NCBI GenBank assembly: GCA_900544525.1
Contig: UQVN01000001.1
Coordinates: forward strand, 1 to 49,884
Source of the DNA: an uncultured Eubacteriales bacterium
Lineage (GTDB): Bacteria > Bacillota > Clostridia > Lachnospirales > Lachnospiraceae
Direction: 5' to 3'
Length of the DNA: 49,884 bases
This document shows, one piece after another, positions 1 through 13,983 of the stretch. Every line of letters starts with the position of its first letter. The stretch's first letter is position 1. Below the pieces are notes generated by a model. It saw only the letters and a list, made by a program, of their open reading frames with translations, searched no databases and was not told where the DNA came from. Position numbers and translations under genes: made by a program.

Positions 1-278
1 TCACGCTATTTTTCGTTTTTCTTTCTATTGATTTTTCCTATTAATACCAGTAAAATAGATAATAATTATGTTCAAATGACTCTTTCTAAATTTTCTTTCT
101 CATATTTGAACGTTCTATATTATATAAATTCAGGCAATACTTTACGAATAAAGTTATTTTTATCACTTTTCGTAAAATTCTTTACACACCTATATAAGCC
201 CTTTTATGACTTATTTTCTGTGTGCCCTCATTGAGAAAAGATAAAAAATATAAAATAGAATTTCAGGAGGTAGTAACT

Positions 279-1436
279 TTGGAAAATATTATGATTACAT
301 TTTTGAAAAAGTTTACAGACTATCCATTTTTAGTAAAAATGGACGGTAAAGAATATTTAATTGGAGAAGGGAATCCAGAATTCATCGTGAATTTTAAAAA
401 ACCAATTTCGAAAACCCAATTATTAACAAGTACCTCACTTGCACTTGGAGAAGCCTATATGGACGGCAATATCGAAATTGAAGGGGATCTTTATTATGCT
501 CTTGATCACTTTTTAGGACAGATGGGAAAATTCTCCACCAATGAATCTGCACTAAAAAAATTGATGCACTCTTCCGTTTCCAAAAGAAATCAGAAAAAAG
601 AAGTCACTTCTCATTATGATATTGGAAATGATTTTTATAAATTATGGCTCGATGAAACTATGAGCTATTCTTGTGGATATTTTAAAAATCCTGATGATAC
701 TCTATATCAAGCCCAAGTAAACAAAGTCGATTATATTTTAGAAAAACTCAATTTAAAAGAAGGAATGACTCTTCTCGATATCGGTTGTGGCTGGGGATTC
801 CTTTTAATTGAAGCCGTCAAAAAATATAAAGTAAAAGGCGTTGGTATCACACTAAGTCAGGAACAGGCTGCAGAATTTAACCGTCGTATCGAAGCCGAAG
901 GTCTACAAGATGATTTAAAAGTAGAAATTATGGATTATCGTGATCTTCCAAAGAGCGGTTACCAATTTGATCGCGTTGTTAGTGTTGGTATGATAGAACA
1001 CGTTGGACGTCCAAACTATCAACTTTTCATTAACTGCGTTCAAGAAGTATTAAAAGATGGCGGTGTCTTCCTTCTTCATTTCATCAGTGCTTTAAAAGAA
1101 CACGCTGGCGATCCTTGGATTAAAAAATATATTTTCCCAGGCGGAACGGTTCCAAGTCTTCGTGAAATTTTAAGCTGTTTAGCAGAAGATAACTTCCACA
1201 CAATGGATATTGAAAACTTACGTCTTCATTATAACAAAACACTTCTTTGTTGGGCAGATAACTTCCATAAACATTTAGAAGAAGAACGTCAAATGTTTGA
1301 TGAACGCTTTTTAAGAATGTGGGATCTTTATTTAAATGCTTGCGCTGCTACTTTCCACAACGGAATTATTGATCTCCACCAAATTCTTGTAACAAAAGGA
1401 ATTAACAATGACTTCCCAATGGTTCGTTGGTATTAA
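279..1436 (+). CDS. cfa: cyclopropane-fatty-acyl-phospholipid synthase family SAM-dependent methyltransferase
   Basis: ORF 222..1436 carries the SAM-binding motif LLDIGCGWG and a CFA-synthase-like length and C-terminal region. The track start at 222 is a GTG without an RBS. AGGAGG at 265-270 lies 8 nt upstream of the in-frame TTG at 279. ATG 291 is an alternative start. Confidence 0.85.
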   Translation: MENIMITFLKKFTDYPFLVKMDGKEYLIGEGNPEFIVNFKKPISKTQLLTSTSLALGEAYMDGNIEIEGDLYYALDHFLGQMGKFSTNESALKKLMHSSVSKRNQKKEVTSHYDIGNDFYKLWLDETMSYSCGYFKNPDDTLYQAQVNKVDYILEKLNLKEGMTLLDIGCGWGFLLIEAVKKYKVKGVGITLSQEQAAEFNRRIEAEGLQDDLKVEIMDYRDLPKSGYQFDRVVSVGMIEHVGRPNYQLFINCVQEVLKDGGVFLLHFISALKEHAGDPWIKKYIFPGGTVPSLREILSCLAEDNFHTMDIENLRLHYNKTLLCWADNFHKHLEEERQMFDERFLRMWDLYLNACAATFHNGIIDLHQILVTKGINNDFPMVRWY

Positions 1437-1451
1437 ATAAAATATTAAAAA

Positions 1452-1492
1452 ATGAGGCTGTTATCACAAAAGGATAATAGCCTCATTTTTTC
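1452..1492. terminator. bidirectional intrinsic terminator between the convergent cfa and M42 peptidase genes
   Basis: A 14-bp stem pairs atgaggctgttatc (1452-1465) with gataatagcctcat (1473-1486), including one G-T pair. It is flanked by an A-run upstream and a T-run downstream. Confidence 0.75.
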
Positions 1493-1500
1493 TACTTTTA

Positions 1501-2520
1501 TCATATTCCTTTATATTGAGCGAGAAATTGTGCAATTAGTTCAATACAACCTTCCACATCTTTTTCATCTGCCACTTCTGCTGGGCTATGCATATATCGC
1601 AAAGGAATGGATACAAGTACCATTGGCACTCCGTCATTGGAAAAATGAATTTTATCGCCATCGGTATAAGACAAACGGCTTGCTGCCTCTCTTTGGACTG
1701 GAATATTTGCCTGTTTTGCACATTGTTCCATCTGTTCATTTAATTTCTTTACAACAATCGGGCTATTACAAAGAACAGGTCCTTTTCCAAGCAATACTGT
1801 CCCCATTTCTGCTGGATTCATACCAATGGTATCACTCACATAAGTAACATCGACAACAATGGCAAGCTCTGGTTTAATTCTTTGGCTTGTCCAATAAGCG
1901 CCACTCTTTGTTGTCTCTTCACCTACCGTAGAAGCACAGTAAATTCCATGTTGACACCCTAACTCTTTCGCTCTTTTTAATGCTTCCATAATAATGAAAA
2001 CACCTAACCTGTCGTCTAATGCTCTTGCTGTAAATCGACCATTAGCAAGTTCTAATATATTCGTATCGAGAACAATTGGATCTCCTAATGCCACCAATCG
2101 TTCAGCCTCTTCTCTTGTTTCTACCCCAATATCGATACTAAAATCATTGGTTGTTAGATTTTCTTTTTTCATTAATCCTCGATAAATCTCTACAACACCA
2201 TAGACAAATCCATTTTTTGTCTTTATCTTCACTTGTTGACCAGGATAAGTCCCTTGGATAATTCCACCGCGATCGATTACCTGCAATCTTCCTGTACTCG
2301 TAATATTGGAGATCATAAGTCCAATTTCATCGGCATGGGCAGAAAGCATAATCCTTCTTTCACTTTGTGGATTTAAAATACAAGTCAAATTGCTCATTTC
2401 GTCAAAACGAATTTCATCGGCATAGGAACTCATATGTTCTTTTACTACTTCTTGCACTGGCTCTTCATAACCTGAAACGGAAACTTCTTTCAAAATATCA
2501 TATAAAAACTGCTTATTCAT
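1501..2520 (-). CDS. M42 family metallopeptidase (FrvX/YsdC-like aminopeptidase, often misannotated as endoglucanase)
   Basis: The 339-aa ORF has family-typical segments SAHADEIGLMI, ARALDDRLG, TVGEETT and RYMHSP. Confidence 0.8.
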   Translation of the reverse strand: MNKQFLYDILKEVSVSGYEEPVQEVVKEHMSSYADEIRFDEMSNLTCILNPQSERRIMLSAHADEIGLMISNITSTGRLQVIDRGGIIQGTYPGQQVKIKTKNGFVYGVVEIYRGLMKKENLTTNDFSIDIGVETREEAERLVALGDPIVLDTNILELANGRFTARALDDRLGVFIIMEALKRAKELGCQHGIYCASTVGEETTKSGAYWTSQRIKPELAIVVDVTYVSDTIGMNPAEMGTVLLGKGPVLCNSPIVVKKLNEQMEQCAKQANIPVQREAASRLSYTDGDKIHFSNDGVPMVLVSIPLRYMHSPAEVADEKDVEGCIELIAQFLAQYKGI

Positions 2521-2534
2521 ATTTCTCTACCTTT

Positions 2535-3551
<1,017 letters not shown>

Positions 3552-3691
3552 CTAAATTCCCCTAACTTTCTATGATGAATATTTATATGATAAAATTTTA
3601 CCATATCCTAATCGCCTTATCAAGTCCATTACCAAAACAAGTATTTTGGCATTTTTTCTTTATCTTCCCCTATCAAACAAATCACTTGTTT

Positions 3692-3736
3692 AAGGGACTG
3701 CCACAAAATAAATTTTTTATTTTGGGACAGACCCTT
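3692..3736. terminator. long imperfect hairpin 18 nt downstream of the pgmB stop codon (possible terminator)
   Basis: The stem spans about 21 positions with 3 mismatches (aagggactgccacaaaataaa / tttattttgggacagaccctt). The T-rich tail is on the plus strand only, so a role as the minus-strand pgmB terminator is uncertain. Confidence 0.35.
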
Positions 3737-3753
3737 TTATTTTTATTTTATTA

Positions 3754-4386
3754 CTAAATATTTAGTAAATCACAAAAAGTACTTAAATTCCAGTTTGCCA
3801 GACCACTTTTTGTAGCATCCCCAATAGCAGCACAGGCAAATCCACCTGCAATTGCTGCTTCTAATCCTGCTTTTGCATCTTCTACGACAATGCATTTCTC
3901 TGGTGCTTTTCCAACGTATTCAGCTGCTTTTAGAAATACTTCTGGATCTGGTTTTGACTTTGTAATATTATTTCCATCAGAAATAGCATCAAAATAATCT
4001 CCAAGCCCAAGTTGTCCTAAAATAAACTTTGCATTTTTACTAGAAGAACCAATGGCTAATTTTATACCACGATTTCTCAATTCATCGAGTGTATCTTTCA
4101 CTTCTTTTGATAAATCGGAAGGACTCATATTTTTTAAAAGTTCTTTATAGATTTCATTTTTCTTTGTCGTATAGTGAATTTTCTCTTCCTCACTCATGAT
4201 TCCATCATAACGCTCTAAAATAATTTCAAAGCTCTCCATACGACTCACGCCACGAAGTCGGTGATTAATCGTTTCGTCAAAGTAAATATTTAGCTCATCT
4301 GCAACAGCTTTCCACGCTTTATAGTGATAGTCATCGGTATGACAAATAACACCATCCAGATCAAAAATAAATGCTTCATATCCCAT
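3754..4386 (-). CDS. pgmB: beta-phosphoglucomutase (HAD superfamily)
   Basis: The 210-aa ORF has the HAD motif I FDLDGVI and a beta-PGM-like cap region (HYKAWKAVADELNI..., RGVSRMESFEIIL). It sits next to a GH65 phosphorylase, its canonical partner. Confidence 0.88.
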   Translation of the reverse strand: MGYEAFIFDLDGVICHTDDYHYKAWKAVADELNIYFDETINHRLRGVSRMESFEIILERYDGIMSEEEKIHYTTKKNEIYKELLKNMSPSDLSKEVKDTLDELRNRGIKLAIGSSSKNAKFILGQLGLGDYFDAISDGNNITKSKPDPEVFLKAAEYVGKAPEKCIVVEDAKAGLEAAIAGGFACAAIGDATKSGLANWNLSTFCDLLNI

Positions 4387-4426
4387 AAGTTTTCCATCCT
4401 TTCTTTTCTCTATTTTTTATCCTTTT

Positions 4427-5296
4427 CTATGCCATAGCACTCTCTTGCGCTTGTTCATCAAGATTTGAAATAATAACCGCTACTAAAATAATGACACATC
4501 CAATTACCATACGAAGCGTAATCATTTCATGCAAAATGAGAATCGAAAATAGCGTTCCAAACACGGACTCCATAGATAAAATAATCGCTGCCTTTGTCTC
4601 ATCCACATGTTTTTGACACGCTGTCTGTAATAAATAACAAATAGTTGTACTCACCACACCTAAATATAAAACACTAAGCCAACCTTTTGTTGTTGCCTCT
4701 AAGTGATATTGTCCTGTAACAAACATAAAGAACAAAGAAAGCACAAAAGAAGTACACATCTGAATAAAATTTAATACGGTCGCACGATACCTTTTTACAA
4801 AAAGACCTGTAAAAAAGATCTGGAATGCAAATCCTAAGGCACAAATCAGTGTTAAGAAATCTCCAAGTCCTAAGGAAAAATCCGCATTTAATGATAAAAT
4901 CCCAACACCAATCACCGCCATAACCGCCCCAATAATTCCTTTTTTACTCACTTTCTTATGAAGGAAAAGAAAGGCAATAAAAGGCACCATAACAACATTC
5001 AATGCCGTAATAAATGCATTTTTTGATGGGGTTGTATACTGTAATCCTATGATTTGTAGGGCAAAGGCAATGAACAAAGCAATTCCCATGCAAATTCCCG
5101 CCATAATCTCTTTTCGTTTCATTCCTTTTAGGTCTTTGATACTAATGAGTCCCATCAATACCGTTCCTAAAAAGAATCGAATCGCCATAATCTGAAACGG
5201 AGTCAGACTTTCTAGTGCCATATCGCTGGCAACAAAGCCTCCTCCCCAAATAATGGTTACTAATATTAGTCCAGCAATTGCCAGATAATTGGTCAT
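4427..5296 (-). CDS. DMT superfamily (EamA-like) transporter
   Basis: The 289-aa protein is polytopic and hydrophobic, with about 10 TM segments arranged as two EamA-like halves. A strong RBS (AGGAGGA) lies upstream. Confidence 0.8.
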   Translation of the reverse strand: MTNYLAIAGLILVTIIWGGGFVASDMALESLTPFQIMAIRFFLGTVLMGLISIKDLKGMKRKEIMAGICMGIALFIAFALQIIGLQYTTPSKNAFITALNVVMVPFIAFLFLHKKVSKKGIIGAVMAVIGVGILSLNADFSLGLGDFLTLICALGFAFQIFFTGLFVKRYRATVLNFIQMCTSFVLSLFFMFVTGQYHLEATTKGWLSVLYLGVVSTTICYLLQTACQKHVDETKAAIILSMESVFGTLFSILILHEMITLRMVIGCVIILVAVIISNLDEQAQESAMA

Positions 5297-5314
5297 ATTG
5301 TTCCTCCTAATCCG

Positions 5315-7630
5315 TTATGAAAAATTCATAAGTTGATTGTTGATTTTTACTTGAATCGAACCACCCTCTAATACATCAACATTTACATGATTATTTTCAT
5401 CGATCGTTATCTCTAACCAAGCATCACCGTAATGAATTCTAAATGTTAATTTCAACCATTCTTTTGGCATGGTTGGCGCAATTTCTAAAACTCCATCTTT
5501 ATCAATGGAGACACCTGCAAAACCAAATACGACAGTCTGCCATACGCCTCCCGCATTGGCAGCATGAATTCCTTCTCTTGTATTCTTTTGAAGGTTTAAT
5601 AAATCAATAAAGGCTGCTCTTCTTAAATAACGATAGGCTTTGGAATCATCTCCTGTTTTTAATCCCATGATAGAATAAATACTTGGGCTTAAAGAAGAAC
5701 CATGAAGCGTACGTTTTTCATAGTACTCATAATTTAATTTCGTTGTTTCTTCGTCGAATTCTTCTCCCATTAAATGAAGAAGCATTACGACATCTGCCTG
5801 TTTAATGATCTGGGTTAAACTTGTCTTTGTCTCTTTTAAAGCCTCAGGGCGAATTGGCCAGTCATTTTCATCATATTTTTCAATTAAAACTTCTTTTAAA
5901 TTAAAGTATCCTTCAAACTGCTCCAATAGCTTCGTGCCTTCTTTTCTTGGTAAATAGATTTTACTTTGAATTTCTCCCCATAAAGCAATTTCTTCTTCTG
6001 TAATGGAAAGTTCTTTTTGTAAACGATTCCAAACTTCATTGTGATCGCTCTTTAATTGTTCGATTAAAGATAGCACATAACGAAGATTCCAACGAGCAAG
6101 ATAATTGGTATAAAGATTATTGTTAACAGGCTCATGCCATTCATCAGGGCCTGTCACTTGACGGATCTCATAACGATTTTTTTCTTCTATGTATTCACAA
6201 CGGCTCGCCCAAAATCTTGCTGTTTCCATTAAGATTTCTGCACCTTTATCCAATAAAAATTGTTGATCTCCTGTAATCTTTACATAATCATAAATTCCAT
6301 AAGCCACCGCTGCTGTTACATGGTGTTCATATACCGCTACATAACAACGATAACACGTTCCATCTGGCTCAATGGTCCAGTCTGGACACTGTTCTGTTCC
6401 ATCATCCGCAGATTCCCAAGGATATTGTGCACCTAAATATCCATTTTTCTTTGCATTTTCTCTTGCTGCATTTAACAAATGGTAGCGATAACTTTCTAGA
6501 TTTTTTGCGGTCTTTGGAAAGACATAAGCGAAGAATGGAAGCATGAAAAGTTCCGTATCCCAAAAGGCGTGTCCACCATATTCTTCTCCATGAAGTAATT
6601 TTGCACCTACATTGACACGATCATCTTTTTCATTTCCTGTGCTCATTAAGTGGAAAATATTAAATCGAATGGCACGATCTAAGTCAAAATCACCTTCAAT
6701 GCGAATATCCGCCTGCTCCCACATTTTTCCATAAATATCCATATGGGCTTTTACTTCTTCTTCCCATCCTATTTGCTCAAAGATTTCTACTTCCTCTTTC
6801 ACCTTATCATGAATGGAAAAATGAGGGACTTCTCTTTCCGTATAGACACTTGCATATTTCACCAGTTCTAGCTGTTTTCCCTCTTCTACATCAAAGTCAA
6901 TAAACTCTACTGCCTGTTCTCCAAATGCATGAAATTGATGCTCTTTATCGACTACTTGTCCATCACGATATCCTTTTACAGCACAACCAACACCGACATG
7001 AAGGTGGTTATCTCTTGTGGCTACTTCCATATAAATTCCGTCATCGGAAAGTTTTTCATTAGCAACGAGATAGGTATGCTTTACTTTAAAACGTGGTGCA
7101 TCTAAGAAATTCACAATGGTTCCATCGATAATATTTTCAACTTCTAAAATTCCGCTATAATTGAGCGGTGTCACCCACACTTTGATTCCCATTCGATGAA
7201 CATTGGCACGGCTGACAAAACGAACTCCTTCGATTAAAGTTACTCTTCCTTTTTTGTCACGGAGTAAATATCTCTTTGCTAAAAGGGCGTGTTTCATATC
7301 GAGTACTCTTGAAAATTCTAAAATTTCACAGTTTTCGATTCCGATTAACTCTTTTTCCACATAGAGTTTTAATCCGATCCAGTTTGGAAGGGTAGCTAAT
7401 TCTCGCATAAATGTTTCGGATTTATCAAACACCCCATTGACATAGACATAAGGAAGACTTTTCTTTGTTCCCTCTTCATAACTGCCACGAGCTCCCAAAT
7501 ATCCATTGGTGAGACAAAAAAGACTTTCATTTGCAAGATTTTCTTCTTCCTCATATTTATCTTGTACGATTAAAAAATCATCTGTACTTAAAAACGGTTG
7601 TAATGTTTTTGAAAATCGTTCCTTAATCAT
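5315..7630 (-). CDS. glycoside hydrolase family 65 alpha-glucoside phosphorylase (maltose/kojibiose/nigerose phosphorylase family; specificity not determinable)
   Basis: The roughly 770-aa ORF has GH65-typical segments (HGEEYGGHAFWDTELFMLPFF, GPDEWHE). I moved the start to ATG 7630 (MIKERF...) because AAGGAG lies 9 nt upstream. The track start at 7681 would overlap lacZ by 32 nt. Confidence 0.85.
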   Translation of the reverse strand: MIKERFSKTLQPFLSTDDFLIVQDKYEEEENLANESLFCLTNGYLGARGSYEEGTKKSLPYVYVNGVFDKSETFMRELATLPNWIGLKLYVEKELIGIENCEILEFSRVLDMKHALLAKRYLLRDKKGRVTLIEGVRFVSRANVHRMGIKVWVTPLNYSGILEVENIIDGTIVNFLDAPRFKVKHTYLVANEKLSDDGIYMEVATRDNHLHVGVGCAVKGYRDGQVVDKEHQFHAFGEQAVEFIDFDVEEGKQLELVKYASVYTEREVPHFSIHDKVKEEVEIFEQIGWEEEVKAHMDIYGKMWEQADIRIEGDFDLDRAIRFNIFHLMSTGNEKDDRVNVGAKLLHGEEYGGHAFWDTELFMLPFFAYVFPKTAKNLESYRYHLLNAARENAKKNGYLGAQYPWESADDGTEQCPDWTIEPDGTCYRCYVAVYEHHVTAAVAYGIYDYVKITGDQQFLLDKGAEILMETARFWASRCEYIEEKNRYEIRQVTGPDEWHEPVNNNLYTNYLARWNLRYVLSLIEQLKSDHNEVWNRLQKELSITEEEIALWGEIQSKIYLPRKEGTKLLEQFEGYFNLKEVLIEKYDENDWPIRPEALKETKTSLTQIIKQADVVMLLHLMGEEFDEETTKLNYEYYEKRTLHGSSLSPSIYSIMGLKTGDDSKAYRYLRRAAFIDLLNLQKNTREGIHAANAGGVWQTVVFGFAGVSIDKDGVLEIAPTMPKEWLKLTFRIHYGDAWLEITIDENNHVNVDVLEGGSIQVKINNQLMNFS

Positions 7631-7649
7631 TATTTCTCGCTCCTTTTCT

Positions 7650-10736
<3,087 letters not shown>

Positions 10737-10771
10737 TAACAGTGTCGTATCTTAAACAATGAATACTTTCA

Positions 10772-11593
10772 TTATTTAATTGCTCCACCGGTTCCCTCAA
10801 CAATGTATTTTTGTGCAATAATAAATACGATAATTGGAGGAATAATCATAATAACAGTAATACAGAGCATTGGTATAATCTGTGTTTCATGAACTCCTTT
10901 AAAAGAAGCAAGTCCTAATGCTAATGTGTATTTTTTTCTGTCTTGTAAGAAAATCAATGGCCCAAGGTAATCGTTCCATACCGTGATCATATTAAGCACA
11001 CCTACTAAAATCAAAGATGGCTTTAAGATTGGCATAAAGATTTTCCAATAAATTTGAAACTGATTCGCTCCATCAATCAGTGCTGCCTCTTCAAAATCCT
11101 TTGGCACTCCCATTAAAAACTGTCTCATTAAGAAAATATAATAAGCAGAACCAAACCATGCTGGGATAATCAAAGGTTTTAACGTATTAATCCAACCAAA
11201 GAGATTGAATTCCATATATTGTGGAATCATTGTTACATCCCATGGAATCATCATCGTAGATAATAAAATCATAAATAAAATATTCTTGCCTTTAAATTGG
11301 AAACGTGCAAATCCGTAAGCAACTAAAGAACATGAAATAATCTGTCCTGCAGTTGTTAAAACGGTAACAAGAATTGAGTTCCACAGATAAGTTCCAAATG
11401 GCTGTGCGTTCCATGCTTCTATAAAGTTACTAATAAGCCATTTTGATGGAAATAACTTTGGAGGATAAGCAATGGCTTCTGCCTCTGTTTTAAAAGTGGA
11501 GAAAAACAAATAAACAAATGGTGCCATAAAATAAATTGCTACTAAAGTCAATAAAATATAGATAATGACTTTTGCCCTCTTTGACATTCTCAT
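10772..11593 (-). CDS. carbohydrate ABC transporter permease (CUT1, MalG-like)
   Basis: The 273-aa protein has 6 TM segments and an EAA-loop motif EEAALIDGANQFQIYWKIFMP. An ATGA overlap joins it to the upstream permease gene. Confidence 0.92.
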   Translation of the reverse strand: MRMSKRAKVIIYILLTLVAIYFMAPFVYLFFSTFKTEAEAIAYPPKLFPSKWLISNFIEAWNAQPFGTYLWNSILVTVLTTAGQIISCSLVAYGFARFQFKGKNILFMILLSTMMIPWDVTMIPQYMEFNLFGWINTLKPLIIPAWFGSAYYIFLMRQFLMGVPKDFEEAALIDGANQFQIYWKIFMPILKPSLILVGVLNMITVWNDYLGPLIFLQDRKKYTLALGLASFKGVHETQIIPMLCITVIMIIPPIIVFIIAQKYIVEGTGGAIK

Positions 11594-12516
11594 TTCTTTT
11601 TCCCTCCTCTTTTCTTAGTCTTTGCTGTTTTTGCTTCTGTTTCATAAAATACCCATGCAGAAGAAGATTTAAATACAAGTGCTGTCAGTATTAAAATAAT
11701 GATAAACATAACCCATGCGTTGGCACTTGCATATCCTAATTTGTGATACTTAAATGCATTATTATAAGTATAAAGTCCGTAGAAATAAGTCGATTTCAAT
11801 GGACCACCACCCGTTAACAACATAACAAGCGTTACTTGTTGGAACGAACTAATTAAAGATGTAATTAAGTTAAATAAAATGGTTGGTGTAATAATTGGCA
11901 ATGTAATACTAAAGAACTGTCTTGCAGGGCTTGCCCCATCTAACGATACTGCTTCATAAATATCATTTGGTATATTTTTAATATCCGTGTAAAAAATAAG
12001 CATCATCGTACCAACACCAAAAGCACTGGCAATAATAACCGCCAAAAGCGCCCAAGATGGATCGACTAACCAGTTTGGTCCTTTAATACCAAGTAAAGAT
12101 AATAAATAGTTTAATACCCCATAATCTCCTTTTAAAATCCAACCCCAAATAATAGATACTGCTACTCCTGAAATAACAGCTGGAATATAAAATAATGTAC
12201 GGTAAATTTTTACTCCCTTAACTGGTTGCGTAATTAACATCGCTAAAAATAAGGCAATTCCCATATTTAATGGAACGAAAATCGCTGCATATTTTAAACT
12301 GATAATTAAAGATTTTTTAAACTGTGGATCCGATGTAAACATCTTTACATAGTTTCCAATTCCAATAAATTCTGGCGCACCAGTAATCGGCCAATCAAAG
12401 AAACTCATAACAAGTGATAGGATAAGTGGTCCTGCTGTAAATACTAAAAACCCGATAATCCACGGTAAAATAAAAAGATATGGAGTTGATTTCTTCCAAA
12501 ATGACTTCTTATTCAT
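11590..12516 (-). CDS. sugar ABC transporter permease (CUT1, MalF-like)
   Basis: The protein is polytopic with an EAA-type loop (YEAVSLDGASPARQFFSITLP). I chose the start at ATG 12516 (MNKKSF...) because GGAGGAG lies 5 nt upstream. ATG 12531 overlaps that RBS. Confidence 0.9.
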   Translation of the reverse strand: MNKKSFWKKSTPYLFILPWIIGFLVFTAGPLILSLVMSFFDWPITGAPEFIGIGNYVKMFTSDPQFKKSLIISLKYAAIFVPLNMGIALFLAMLITQPVKGVKIYRTLFYIPAVISGVAVSIIWGWILKGDYGVLNYLLSLLGIKGPNWLVDPSWALLAVIIASAFGVGTMMLIFYTDIKNIPNDIYEAVSLDGASPARQFFSITLPIITPTILFNLITSLISSFQQVTLVMLLTGGGPLKSTYFYGLYTYNNAFKYHKLGYASANAWVMFIIILILTALVFKSSSAWVFYETEAKTAKTKKRGGKKK

Positions 12517-12550
12517 TGGTTCTCCTCCCATTTAGTCTTTCTGCTATGCC

Positions 12551-13795
12551 TTATTGCATAGCAGCTTCATCTAATACTGTTTTTGGATCTTCTAGTGAAC
12601 TTGGATTAAAGATACGTTCAAAAGAAAGAGAAAGTGTATCTTTTAACTCAGGCCAGCTTTCGATTAAGAAACTTGCTGGTGTTGTTCCTTCACTTTGTTC
12701 AAGCATTGTATAAAATGGTGCATATTCTGGTTGTTTCATAATACCTTCTGATTCTACTACACTATATAATACTGGAAGTTCTAGCCCAATTCTTTCTTTG
12801 TTCATCTCTTCGCTTGTCCAGAATTTTACAAATTCCCAAGCAGCTTCTTTATTTTTACAATCTTTTGAAATGGATACCCCTGAAGAACTTAAAATACTCT
12901 TAGATTTTTCCTGTCCAGCAAAAGATGGAATTGTTACAACACCATAGTTTACTCCATCTGTATTTAAACTGTCGATTGCCCAAGAACCATATACATACAT
13001 GGCTGTTTGACCTGCACGGAATTCATCGGTACCTGTTTGTTCTGTTGCAACCGCATATCCTTCTTTTTCCATTTCCTGGAACATCTGCAATACTTGTACA
13101 GACTGCTCAGAATTCAAGCGTCCTTCTAAATTACCATCTTGGTCAACATAACTGCTTCCGTTACTCCATAAATACATTTCAAAATCATAAGGATCTGGTT
13201 TCATCTGGAAAGAGAATCCTTTAATACCATCTAATTTTTCTGAAATCTGCTTAGAAGCTTCTTTTACATCGTCCCATGTCCAATCATTTGTTGGTTCCGC
13301 TACCCCTGCTTGTTTAAATAAATCTTTATTATAGAAGAGACAATGGGTTGTAAATCCAACTGGAATACCATAAGTCGCTCCATCTAAAGAGTTATAAGAC
13401 CAAAGAGTATCATAGAAATTGCTCTTATATTCCGCTCCTTCTTTCTCAATGTAGGAATCAAGTGGTTCTAACCCCTTATAATAGGATGGATAATCCCACA
13501 TATACATAACATCTGGTGCATCCCCTGATCCCATTCCTGCACTGATCTTTGTATCAAATTCACTTCCATAAGCCTCAAGCGTTACTTCAATGTCGTCATG
13601 CTCTGCATTAAATTTGTCCACCAGTTTTTGCTGTCGATCGACGTCCTCCGCTGTATCCCATGATGCAAAACGGATTTTTGCTTTTCCATCTGCTGTAGTA
13701 GCCGCTTCTCCACCTTTACCACCACATCCAGTTAACGCCGTTGCCGTCGTCATAGCTAAAACTAACGCTGCCACAATCACTTTTTTCACTCTCAT
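12551..13795 (-). CDS. ABC transporter extracellular sugar-binding lipoprotein
   Basis: The 414-aa ORF has a signal peptide with lipobox LTGC and a family-1 solute-binding fold signature (RFASWD..., MYMWDYP). AAGGAGGA lies upstream. Confidence 0.9.
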   Translation of the reverse strand: MRVKKVIVAALVLAMTTATALTGCGGKGGEAATTADGKAKIRFASWDTAEDVDRQQKLVDKFNAEHDDIEVTLEAYGSEFDTKISAGMGSGDAPDVMYMWDYPSYYKGLEPLDSYIEKEGAEYKSNFYDTLWSYNSLDGATYGIPVGFTTHCLFYNKDLFKQAGVAEPTNDWTWDDVKEASKQISEKLDGIKGFSFQMKPDPYDFEMYLWSNGSSYVDQDGNLEGRLNSEQSVQVLQMFQEMEKEGYAVATEQTGTDEFRAGQTAMYVYGSWAIDSLNTDGVNYGVVTIPSFAGQEKSKSILSSSGVSISKDCKNKEAAWEFVKFWTSEEMNKERIGLELPVLYSVVESEGIMKQPEYAPFYTMLEQSEGTTPASFLIESWPELKDTLSLSFERIFNPSSLEDPKTVLDEAAMQ

Positions 13796-13814
13796 ACTGA
13801 TTCCTCCTTGAGTT

Positions 13815-13848
13815 TTTTAGTAAATTCATCTTAGCAAATTTTAGTAAA
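13815..13848. repeat. direct repeats TTTTAGTAAA x2 plus a degenerate TTAGCAAA copy, overlapping the promoter
   Basis: Perfect 10-mers lie at 13815-13824 and 13839-13848, 24 bp apart. A one-mismatch core copy lies at 13831-13838. One copy sits in the promoter spacer and one sits near the predicted transcription start. Confidence 0.6.
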
Positions 13849-13856
13849 ATTTTCAA
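13828..13856 (-). promoter_or_regulatory. sigma-A type promoter for the locus-A ABC/glycosidase operon
   Basis: On the minus strand I read TTGAAA (13856-13851), a 17-nt spacer, then an extended -10 TGcTAAGAT (13836-13828). The element lies about 30 nt upstream of the solute-binding-protein ATG. Confidence 0.55.
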
Positions 13857-13983
13857 GTTTTTATCAGCACAAATATATATTTTTACCTTTTCAACATTTT
13901 TCGTCACTATTTTTTATGCATATTTCACAATAAAATAGTTTTATCACGCATTTCAACCCGAATTACGCTTAATAAAATTTTAC

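Noticed and set aside
28-234. 68-aa ORF at the left edge, upstream of cfa
   Set aside because: It lies in AT-rich intergenic-like sequence, has no RBS and shows no recognisable homology. It is probably the cfa promoter region.
3572-3757. 61-aa plus-strand ORF between lacI and pgmB
   Set aside because: The translation is hydrophobic and AT-rich with no RBS. It overlaps the hairpin and intergenic control region.
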